From Podarcis gaigeae (lineage: Eukaryota): a DNA stretch of 64,000 nt. Both the position numbers and the translations under genes were made by a program. Of this stretch, positions 13,801 through 26,400 are shown in pieces. Location: assembly GCA_964106915.2 (NCBI GenBank), contig OZ066920.1; one strand, 5' to 3'. Under the pieces are notes generated by a model. That model saw nothing but the letters and a program-made list of their open reading frames with translations, did no database searches and was not told the DNA's origin. The number at the start of each line of letters is the position of its first letter. Position 1 is the stretch's first letter.

Positions 13801-16800
13801 TCAAAAAAGAATGTTAGCCTAGTGTATTACTGCTTTATTTTTAAAAGTTGTTTGTATTTGAAAGGCTTTTTGTGATGTTCAGCTCATTATAAAGTGAAAA
13901 ATTAGGATAATTTGCTCATTACAAAGTGACTCCACCTTTGAGAGCAGAATTTTCATTAGCTTTGTTGGATCTAATCTGCATTCATTGGAATCCAAAACCA
14001 ACCTGTCACTTTGCTACTCTTAAATAATTGGAAAATGTATTATTAACCCGTTGTTTTCTGGATGCCCCTGGAAAAAGTACTTCCACAGTATGTGACCAAT
14101 AGTCCACTCTTCATATCCGATATCTCATTATAGATAAAACAGAAGATGACATGGAAAGAGAAGCACGTCTTGTAGAACAGTGGGTAGGGCTAACAGAAGA
14201 AAGAAATGCTGTGCTAGTCCCAGCACCAGACAGTGGGATCCCAGGTGCTCCTGCAAATTGGTAGGTTGACTGAAATGCATTATATTTCAGCTTGCTTGCA
14301 AAATAACTTTTGAGTGAATATTGTATGCAGTTAACAGGATAGTAAAGATCTGAGGGAAGAATAAGCTGCTAAAATGCTAAATGTGTGTTCATCTTTTTTT
14401 AAAAAATGACCTTTATATTCCACAACACAGAACATTAGTGCCCTTAGTTCAGCTAGAAACTTATTACAACTAGAAGAAAAACTGCTGAAGTGAACTGGTT
14501 GTTTTTTTGCTGGTCTATGTATCCTGAAGATTTATCTCACCCTGAGATCTTTGGATTAAGGGCAGGATATAAATATTTTAATATATAGAAAATAAAAAAG
14601 GTTTCTGGAGGTAAAATGCACAGTCATGTAATAATGTAGAATCGGGGTTTATGTACAAGTTCATTTACAGATTCCATAATATTTCCTGTTTTATTAACGC
14701 TTGTAGTAGGTGTTAACACCTTAAGTAAAAAAAAAACACTTTCTCCTGTCTCCACATTTCGTTCAATAATGCATTGAGATGATTAGATTCAGGACTTGCA
14801 TCCAGCTCCAAACACTTCATTTCCATAAAACTAGGGACTGTTTAGGAGATATAGTAGAGAAAATATCACCACCCCACCCCTGTGAATTCTTTTCTCTTTT
14901 ATGAACCATGGGACTAGGAGCTCTCCTGTTAGGGTCCAAGGATACACTGTAACATTTTGTTGTAGGTTCCCCCTAGTTAATGTCATTTGTTTTTAACGCT
15001 TTCAGTTTTCCATTAAAATATATTTGCATGTGTATGGTTTATTTTATTAACTGGGGTGTTTCCTTACTGTTAGGATCCCACCTTCTGGAATGGAAACACA
15101 TATACCTGTACTTTTCCTTGATTTGAATGGTAAGTTACAGCTTATGAAGGGAGTGGAAGTATGAATTCCCTTGAATATGCTTGACGCATTTATATGCTTT
15201 CGTATTGCCGGTGTCTTATTGCTGTTTGGGAATCTGAAGTGCTGCAGATCTGGATCTGGTGGCTTTTAAATAATCCAGGTTTTTTTGTTTGTTGAATGTA
15301 TTGAAAGAAGCACAGTTGTTGGGCATTAGAGTTCTTCCATCATGTGTAAAAACACATTCTTAAACATCTTCATCAAAAGTTCCAAAATGATATTTTGCAA
15401 TGATTTGTATTTGTTGCCATGTACTTGCATTGTGGGGTAACAAATTGCATTAAGCTGATGTATACAAATGTAACATGAGAAGTGTAAGTCTATCCTATCT
15501 AAAGCATTGTTTTCCAATTATGCATGATATCTGTGTAACATGTTTAAGACTGGGACATAGGAAATAATTAAAGCTAAAAAAAATGTCTTGTAACTTAATT
15601 TTATTTTTTGTTAGCTGATGACCTCAGTGCCAACGAACAGCTTATAGGTCCACATGCATCAGGAGTAAATTCAATACTACCAAAAGAGCATGGAAGTCAA
15701 TTCTTTTATCTACCAATCATAAAACACAGCAAAGATGAGGTAAATTTCTAGTGAGCTATTCTGTACAGTAGATGTGTGGCCATTATATTTTTACTGTTTG
15801 CATTTTGCCAATCCATTTTCTTTCTTTTTCAATACATTTAATGCTACATTATACCTTTGAAACCTTGAATTAGAGTTTACTCTTTTCTACTTGATTTTTG
15901 TTGAACAAGTGTGCATAGTTTATTGTTATTCAGAATAACCTCTTAACAAAGTGATCTTTGATTAGCTCTTAATTCATGTGGGGTTGAAATACCTACATTT
16001 TGAAGAATAAACATTTAATATTCTTGAATTGTATAAATGAAGTCCAACTTCTTAAAGTCACTATGTAGGTGTTCCTTTCTTCTCATAGATACTTACAGCT
16101 AGTAAAGACTCTCCTCCTGCAAGAGAGGGGAGTGGTTGTGGTCGGGAGCCGGACTCCGCCTCAAGAAGGGGGCGTTAGCCCCCTGCCTCCCACTCACCTA
16201 GCTGGCGCCCACACCCATAGGCAGGCACCCAACCAGGTGCCTGCGAGGGGGCGTGTTTAGCAGCCTAAATTGCTGCGGCACCAGCCTTCCGGCCTCACTT
16301 TTCGTCGTCCCGTTGCGAGTCACCCACCCTCCACTCCCTTAGAGCTCGGGGTCTCAGTTTTCTTTTGGCCTTGCTATGGACCTTAGGTTGGTCGCCCTGG
16401 TTGTCCGGGGGGCCTGGTAGGAATTTTTCTATTTGGCATTAGGCTTTTTGGTTTTTTCGCCTACCTCGTAGCAATCGTCACAACTTTCGTGGTATTGGTG
16501 GGTAGGTTAGGCATTGGAATAATGTGGTGTGGTGTGTCGAAGGGCTAGGTGTGGCCATCGCCTGCGCCTTCAATTTTGGGTATTCCGTTAAAGGAATCCG
16601 GCAGTCGTGTATTCTGTCCCTGCTTGGCGGGAGGCCATGGCACGACCCTCAGTGACATCAGGGGAGAGCTTATAGTTGAATTAGCATCAACAGGCTCCAC
16701 CTACTGGTGAATAAACCCCCTGTTTTAGACTCACCCCTCTCTGAGGGGGTGGAGTCAGCTGACGTAATCCAATGCCTAAGCCAATACCTTTTCACTTGCT

Positions 16801-19800
16801 GTAATCAATAAAGTTGTGGCCTTTTCTTGCCCATTAACCTTATATCACGTGTCCTTGTGTTTTCATTCCACTACGTGGAGATCGGGTCCTCGAACCACAA
16901 CGTAATATTCCACACCCTTTCGCCAAAGCCTTAGAAAATGGTAAATGCACTGACTTCCATGCTAGCGCTAAAAATGTCTTAGTTAATATATCCATAGCTG
17001 TCTCCCTGTGTGCTCCACTCACTTACCGTATTTTTCGCCCTATAGGACGCACTTTTTGCCCTCCTTTTTGCCCTCCAAAAATGAAGGGGAAATGTGTGTG
17101 CGTCCTATGGGGCAAATGCAGGCTTCCCCCTCCCCCAGCCCCGCAAGCTCCCAGAGCGATGCCCCTGGCATCTAAAACGGGGGGGTTTACTCGCTCTGGG
17201 TCCTGTTCTGGGGGCTGGGGGAGGGGGAAGCTCGGGCTTCCCTCGCCCCAGCCCCGCGCCTGGGGGAAAAAAATAATTTCCCCCTTTTATTCCCCCCCCC
17301 CCAAATCTAGGTGCGTCCTATGGGCCGGTGTGTCCTATAGGGCGAAAAATACGGTACCTTTTTAGTTGTCCCAAAGGGATGGTTTATGGATTTAATTTAA
17401 TATCTTGGCTTATTATGTCTTTGATACCCTGTGAAACATCTATCCATTATTAACCTGAATACATTTCTACCAAAAGTGGGCCAATATTTCCTTGCTTCTT
17501 CAACATGAATCAGATAGGTACACTGGGATACATTTTTGCAATTCTTACAGGGATATAATGCCATGTACAGTGGAACCTTGGTTCCCAAAAAGCTTGGCTC
17601 CCAAACAAATTGGCTCCCGAACGCCGCAAACCTGGAAGTAAGCGTTCTGGTTTGTGAATGTTTTTTGGAAGCCAAACATCCATTTTGACTGTCGGCATTG
17701 TTTCTGGGGCCAATCAGCCAATCAGAAGCCATGCCTTGGTTTGCGAACGTTTTTGAAGTTGAACCGACTTCCAGAATGGATTGAGTTCAGGAACCAAGGC
17801 ACCACTGTATACAATATATTATAAAAGTTTCTATTGAATCCACACAAAGTAAAATAGTTTTTGGCTCATTATTTCTATATATAATGTCATTCTATACCTG
17901 TCATTCTAACAATAATTTCTTTCTCTAAATTTTGTTTTATTAGTTGTTTCTTGTAGATTTCTGATAATAATTCAAAATATGGAAGAAGCCTGCTTATGTT
18001 TGTTCCTCTTATAACATTTTTATTGGGCTTCTAGACTGGCAATTTAGCATTTGGTTTGTTTTATGCAAACTGAGCATATTAGGAAATAACAAGTTGATTC
18101 CCACCTCTTCCTCCATGGCAAAATGTCTTTATACCTGTGAAACCATGTACTAGTGCAACTAATATTGCACATGGTGATAATGGTTAATTTTTGGTGCAGA
18201 TCAATCATCCAAGCTGGAGCTTATTCAGATTCTTCAGTGATATGTTAAAAATCAGCAATAGAAAAATAAATATGATCTTAGGCAGAATCTTCATTTTATA
18301 ACTTTTGCTTTTACTGACAATGAAATGAGTAATTTTACTAATCTATACATACCCTGTTTGTTTTGTCCCAATATGGACAAGCAGTTGGTTTATAATAGAT
18401 TTGAAATATTGATTGATAAATATATCCCTAGCTATTTTATTCTTGGTTGCTTAATGTGAGAAGGGAGGGGATATTTCCTTACTCACTTTATTTAAAAAAG
18501 CCAACCACCTTCTGCTCCAGCGGTTTTCCCAAACCCATAGTCCTGCCACCATTTAATATTACTTATACCCTTAGCGCCCTTAACTTATCAGTAACCTGAG
18601 TTACCGTTAATATCAATGTAGTACTAAGACTATCAGGTATAGCTATTATATTTGACAAAGAAATCAATGTTTATTTATTGCATTATGCAGTGCACAATGC
18701 GGTGCACAATGACTTTATACTACCTACTTAAAAGGATATGCACTTTGTTAAGATGTTGCTTAAATGCAGCTTATTTTACACTATTACTAAACTAAGTCAG
18801 CTTTGAAGGACCTAATTTAAGATTCTTTTGCCAGATTGTTCTATTTACTCCATCCCAGTTAAGCCTCACCAACTCTATAACTGAGGACCTTTACTGAAGC
18901 CTCTCTTTTGACCTGTACTGACCTGTTGAAGCACAGGGCTGTTTCCGTTGCTCTGCCCTGGAATCTTTCTCTCCTACCAGACACCAGACAGAGCCTGGCA
19001 TTCCAAACTGCCTCTCACTTCTTCTCCCCTCTTCAGCCTGAGCCAAGCCAATTCAGCTACCTCAGCCTTCCTTTCATGTCCTCTTCTTCCTTAATCTTCT
19101 TCCTCTGCTCTCTTCTTCTGGCTGCCCACCATGAACACCAAGCACCAACAAATGCTGACTCCTCTCTGAGCAACATGGACTAACCCTAACTGACCTTAAC
19201 TGCCATATATTCACTTCTTCTGCCCCCTCTGGTCCAGCCCCAGCCAATCACATTGTCTAATTGAATATTCTAAACCTGCAACCACCAATCAAAATGTGGA
19301 TACGTTTTATTCTTCTTTTGCATACTGATAGTTCTGTCTCCAACCCCTCCTTGGCTGTCTGTTTAGCTCCCCCAGTGACAGTTAAACCAACTGCTACCTG
19401 ATCAGGCAAAGCACTTTCCCCATCAAATACATTACAAAAAAAAATTGACAGAGGTACTATTCTACTCAGTTTTACTTAGACTCATTGAAACCATGGGACT
19501 TTAATCGTGTTCATTAATTGCTTTTGTTAATTGTCTAAGCATTTCTGTATTTCAGGAATGTTAAAAGGGTAGGGTAAACATTTAAGCAATTCAGATCAGT
19601 TTCCTTTATAATATTCTACCAAATTGTGCTCCTAGGTTTCGGCCACTGCTGCATGGGACCCTTCTGTGCATGATTCAGTGCACTTGAATAGGGTAACACC
19701 TCAAAACGAGAGAATCTATTTGATTGTGAAAATCACAGTCCAACTCAGCCACCCTGCTGCAATGGAACTTGTGCTACGTAAAAGAATTGCTGCAAATATT

Positions 19801-22800
19801 TACAATAAGCAGGTGATGGATGAATTCTGCTTAATGTATCTTGTTTTGACTGTATTTCTTTTTTGTTGACTTAACTGTTGGGATAAAATTTAGAAATAAT
19901 AAACTAAACCAGGAAGTATGCACATACAATGCTGTTTTTTAAAAATAAAAAACCACAGAAATGTTTTATTGATGTTTAGTTTCGTTACTAAAGGAACATG
20001 CAGAATAACAAAAGGAACATAAACAAAGGAAGGTATACAAAGCTTGATAAATGTTTAAATAAAAAGGTTAGCTTATGGTTGTAGTAATTTACATTCCAAT
20101 TTATGCAATCAAATAAAGGTGTTGTTCATAATGTTGCATGTGTTGATGGAGGGTGAAAACAATGTTCAATTGTTTTTACAAAGTAAAATAATACCATGTT
20201 TCTTTTAATTTTTTGCCATTCCCAGTGAGGTATTGGGTGGTATGAAAAATATGCTAAGGAGGCTGAATTGGGATGCCAGGATGAGAGTTAGCCCCTACCC
20301 CATTGCATGTGACCTGAACCTGCAAGAAACCATTTTCTTAGCTTGCTTTAATCACACTATTCATCATATGAATACTTTACTCTTTAATTCCCCCCTAGAG
20401 TTTTACCCAGAGTCTCAAACGAAGAATATCTTTGAAGAATATATGGTATGCTTGTGGTGTGGCCTATGAAATAGTTTCAAATATACCAAAGGTAAATTCT
20501 ACTGTACTTTTTTCAATAAGTTAGAATAAATGAAAAAATCAAAGTAAAAGAGATTCCTGTAAACTGCATCCTCAAAGTACTGTTTTAGGCATTCTGAAGT
20601 GGCATGTGTATAAGGACTGCATAACGTTGTGTTCTGTTTGTGTCCCAGTTTTTAAACAGATTAAATTAAACAGTTTAATTTTTAGGCCACAGAAGAAATT
20701 GAAGATCGGGAGACACTGGCTCTGATGGCAGCCAGAAGTGAAAATGAGGGTGCATCTGATGGTGAAACTTACATTGAGAAGTATACTCGTGGAGTGTTGC
20801 AGGTAGAAAACATTTTGAGTCTTGAACGATTAAGACAGGTGAGTAGAAAAAAGCTTCAGGCCAAATTAGTTTAGTTATTGTAAAACAATTGCCACAAGAG
20901 ATGTCTCATATTTCCATTTTCTTTACCTTTACTATCAGAATGCTGGCAAACGTTTAATGTGAACTTGCTCTTGGGATGCAATTTTGATATAATGTTCCAT
21001 TCTTTATCTGTCTTCAGAGATATCAAACCTGATTAAAGTAAAAATGATTTTTCTGTATTAATAAATATACCTTTATATATACTTTCTGAAGTGAGTTTTA
21101 ATTGCCTAGATCTCTATGTGAAACTACGGATTTCAATTTACTCATTCTATCTTAACACAGGCAGTCACAGTCAAAGAGGCTATTTCTACTAAGACTCGAC
21201 ACATGCAGCGGAGTGTCAGTACACCAAATGTCCACAATGTAAGATAATTTTTCAAGGTGAAAGACTCACATATTACTAAAAATGTTAAGGTTGTAGACAA
21301 AACGTATTCATTTTGACCCTGGATAAATTGAGATTAATCAGCAGAATAAGTTGTCATAGGGAAATTGTGGCATATTCTACGTATTCCAGTAGTTATTTGT
21401 CAGGGATCATTTAGGTTTAATGCTCCTTTCCTACATGCAAGTATAACCCTCCTTTCCTTTAAATGCAGGATATACAGTACATAAGTGTTCATGAAGTTCT
21501 ATTGCCATGTTTATCAGTCTTTTGTTTATTTCAAATGCAGCCTAGGCTTAGCAGTGGGTGAGGAGACTGCAGTTCTCATGTGAAGGCCAACCTGCTGCCA
21601 GGCAGGCTGATAGCATTCATTGGGCTCATATTTATTTATTATTGTGTTTTAGGTGTCCTGTAGTCGATTAGATATTTCTGGCTGTGATGAAGATAAGGTA
21701 TGAACATTAAGTGAGCAGATGTGGTGGCACCTTTTCGAAAATGTAGTCAAATAGACTTGCCTTTTCCTTCCTATTTGATACAAGAAAGCCTTAACTTTAG
21801 TCTTCATTAATAATGATAGGTTGTTTAGAACAGGAATGTATAATCTGATGCATTACTAACTCGAGAAAATCAAGTTGAGCTGATCTCAGGGTGCTTCACA
21901 AAATAAAATATGAAAGACTGTCAGTTATTTCTCTGGTGCAGGGGCATGTGGGGGTGCAAAAAAATTCTCAGGGTAGTTAGTATTGAATCAATTACCAAAA
22001 AAGTCCTAGGTATCTTCCCTGTGAAATAGGAGAGATTACGGGGTATTTTTGTAATAGATTTTAACAAAATAAGACTGTGCTCCATGGAGCAAGTACCACT
22101 GAATGCATTGGGGATATACTTCTGAATAAAATGCACAGGACTGAGTTGCATAAAATAAATTTGAAAAGTTTTGGTAGTAATAAAAAGCATATATGTGTGA
22201 GAGAACATTGACTATTTTGAAAGGATCTGAACTCTTTTTTGTAGCTTGAAAATGAACATTTTCCTGTTTCTTTTCTTGGTTGTTTATGACTTTAGGGTTG
22301 GTCAGAAGGTCATCTAGATGTATTAGATTGTTCTTCCAGTTATCAAGATGTATCATGTTATGGTACTTTACCCAGAGATTCTCCTCGCAGAAGTAAAGAT
22401 GCTGGTGGTAAGATTTTTATTGTGTTTAGTTTTAATTGGGTCAATATATGAAATTATTAATATAAAGGGTAAAGGGTACTCCTGCCTGTACGGGCCAGTC
22501 GTGTCCAACTCTAGGGTTGCGCGCTCATCTCGCTCAAGAGGCCAGGGCCAGCACTGTCCGGAGACACTTCCGGGTCACGTGGCCAGCGTGACTAAGCGGC
22601 ATCTGGCGAGCCAGCACCAGCGCCGCACACAGAAACGCCGTTTACCTTCCCGCTATAAAGCGGTACCTATTTATCTACTTGCACTTAGGGGTGCTTTCGA
22701 ACTGCTAGGTGGGCAGGAGCTGGGACCGAACAACAGGAGCTCACCCTGCCGCGGGGATTCGAACTGCCGACCTTGTGATCAGCAAGTCCTAGGCACTGAG

Positions 22801-22917
22801 GTTTTACCCACAGCACCACCCGCTGTCCCTCTTGCAATTCTAGATTGCTATAAATGGCAACAGAGTATTTTAAAATGGACTCACTATTAATATATTATTA
22901 ATATACACACACACATA

Positions 22918-22973
<56 letters not shown>

Positions 22974-23435
22974 TATATATATATATATGATGCAAAGGGT
23001 ATTTCCCTCTGTTCTACTGTCTTTAAATTCTTGTGGTAAATGTGTATGTGTAAAGCAGCATTCAGTCCTAACGGATACAGTGTTTTAATCTGCTAGCAAA
23101 GGCTATTTCTCCCATGATGATGAAGGTTAGCTTGTGGGTGCTTTGCTGCTGCAAGGGCTGAAAACAACTATCCCAGCACCCTTTAAGAAGGTTCTGAAGT
23201 AAAAATGGGATGTGCCTCTCCAGACCAAGCACTTAGGATCATATACCAATAAATTTTATCTCCTAGAACGAGCATTATTATTTTATATAGTAGAATCAAT
23301 GCACATAGTGCTTTATGTAGTGATATGAGCAGTGATATGTTTAGAGAAGCTTTTAATGTACGCGCATTACGATATTTTTATATTTTGTTTGAAGCTGCCC
23401 AGAGTGGCTGGGGAAGCCCAGCCAGATAGGCGGGG

Positions 23436-23477
<42 letters not shown>

Positions 23478-26400
23478 GACAGTTTCTCCCCTGAGGAGTT
23501 TACAAAAGCAGAGGAAGAGAAGTAGGAAAAGAAAATGTGCACATGCATATACATGACAGCGTAAAGGAAGAGGAGGGAGATTTAGTGATAAGAAGGAAAG
23601 AAAAAAATTATATTGGAAGCTGCCTAGAGTGGCTGGGACAATCAAGTCAGATGGTCAGGGTACAATTATTATTATAAAGAATAACTGCTTAAGGAACAAG
23701 TGATTAAAATTTGGTTTTAGTACTAATGTTGTAGCTTTGTGACTTACTTTGTTTTAAACTGCCAAATTACATATGAGTTGTTACCTTATGCTGACAGGTA
23801 CATTATCATTCTCTCTTGGGTTATATTAACCAGCAGCTGCACTGAAATTCTAGTGATGCTACGAGTCATATGTAAATAATTACCACTATGTACTTCTATG
23901 AAAGAATGGGAGGCTTTTTCTTTTGAGACATCCACAGCTCATATTTAGTTCTCTTTGAAGTATGTTCTGAATTGCAGACAAGCTTTTTGCTAAACTTTGT
24001 TTAAGGAAAACCTTCTTGATGCAAAAGGAGGGAGTTGTAGGTGATAAAGTATGTTTACTTTACAAATAGCAGAGAGCATGCTTTGAGACATGCTGGACTG
24101 GTTTGCATATAATCCTATACCTTGAGCAAACCTCTCAAACAGTGTGAGAGATGGCACTGTGGATACAGGAGGAGAGGAAATCAGCAAAAGTTGCCATGCC
24201 CCCTCCCCATCACTTAATTAAAAGCCGTTTTCCACGGTGATAAAGTCTGGATCCAACCCTCTCTGTTACTCCACTGTTATTTCGTTGTACAAACAACATT
24301 TACCATGAATGGTAAGCAGGGAGATGAACATATTTCATAACATGGCACAAATGAGGATCTAATCTGCTCGTCATCATGGTTATTTCCTGTGGTGCTTTAT
24401 ATCACTTTCTTTTTCATTTTTTACTTATTTTTGCAGTTGATGTTAGAATAACTAACTTATTTGTGTGTGTGTTTATTTTCATTATCCAAGGTTATGTATC
24501 AGAGAATCCTCATGCATCAACCGTCAGCCCATTTAAAGCATTTTCTCCACAGCCACCCAAGTTTTTCAAACCTTTAATGCCAGTAAAAGAAGAACATAAA
24601 AAGATCTCCTTTGAAAGTCGGCCTCTACTTAGTAAAGAGGTAGGTAGTTAAGAACTATTATAGTTTCTTAATCTTGATTAATTTATGTGCAAGTAGCTAT
24701 TGTCTTTGCCAGTAAATAACTTGCAGTTTGTATTTGTGATACGGAGAATTTGGAATCCTACATTAAAATTCAGCAATTCCTTTTCTCTGTATTGGAATGA
24801 TAATCCTATTTCATTTTTGTCTCCTTTTGTTCAGCATGGAGTGTGTTTCTGCTTAATCGTTGTCTGTTAAAAAACAGCTGTCCTGAATTGTCAATTTCTT
24901 TTATTAGGCTATAGCACTATTTTAGGAAACGGTTTCATGTTTTCCACAACTGAAAACAAATGTGGTGTTGCATGGATTTCTGTAATTAAGCCATTTAACC
25001 TCCTTGCCTGAGTTGTTTTAAAAACATGTCCTCCTGTCTTACTAACATGCATGGGTTTGTAAATACCTTATTTGTGTGATGTTTTGTGTGTCTTAACCTT
25101 TGCAGAGCATGCCATCATCTCAGGTACATAGCGCTGGTTGTGTTGTGCCCTCAGGAAGTAATGCCAGTAGCATGCCAGTAGAACACAATAACAAACATGA
25201 GGAAAATATTGTAAGTTTTGCATTGGTTTCTGTCATAATGCCTGGTGGTGGTTTAAGGCCCTCTCATGGGGTGTAATTTTTGCTATACTGTAATAGTGAA
25301 GGAAACAAGATGTGCATACAATGTGCATGTTGGCTTTTAAATATGTGGCAAAATGCATAATTTGTTACAATTATTTTAAATTGATCATTCATATATTTTG
25401 AAATGATCATTCATATATACGTTTTCAAGGGAAAAGGTAGAACTTTGAAGGGCTTATTCACTGGTAAATTCAGAATGTCAGCATTCATGAACTTTCCAGT
25501 GCTTCCACATGTTTAATTTGTAGATTGGTTTAGACTGAAAAATGTAAATGTTGAAGTGTACAGCAAAGCAGACTTGCCATTCATTTTCATATATTTGAAA
25601 TGTCCACCTTTCTTGGCTTCCTCACATAGACAATCAACTTTACAAAATAAAAGTGTTGTATACCTAGCGTTGACACTGAAGTGGATATACTGCAGTCTTG
25701 GGTTTAGGCCTGGTTTGGGGACTGAATAAACTTTGGTTGCACTGATGGATGGCCTTTACTAAGAAGTAGATGGAATTGGGACCCTGTTACTCTTGCTTAG
25801 TCTTTCAGCTGCCTTTGATACCAGTGACCATGGTATCCTCCACGATAAACTGTGTGGAGTGGGTATTAGAGGCACTGTATTACAGTGGTTCCACACCTAC
25901 CTGCATAGCTAAGTCCAGAGAATAACATTAGGGGAGTGTTCTTTATCCCCTTGGGGTTCTGACATCTATATGAAGTAGTTGTGTGTGGTCATTAGGAGTT
26001 TTGGAGCAGTACACTGATGATATGCAGCTCTATTTATCCATAACATCTGAATCTGGAGAGATTGTGCAAGCCCTGGACCAGAGACTGGATGCAGGCCAAT
26101 AAATTGTGTTGAACTCTTGTGAAGATTGAGGCTCTTTGAATAGGTGGTTCTCGTTTCCAAATGATAAGCCAGTTGCTTCTTCTGATTGGGGTTATGCTCC
26201 CTCTAAAGCATCAAGAGGTGCTCTAGGATACATCTTTGTCACTGAAGGCTAAAACATTTGCACTGGCTGCCTATATGCTACCAGCCCAGGTTCAAAGCCC
26301 TTGTGATGATATGAAAGCTGTGAACGGGTTGAGTCCAAGATAATTTAACTACATTGGTAGTTAATCCTCACCACCACCACAAAAGGCATTTTTATACCAC

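Noticed and set aside
22348-22890. 180-aa ORF
   Set aside because: Out-of-frame piece of a KIF13A exon running into an antisense Sauria SINE.
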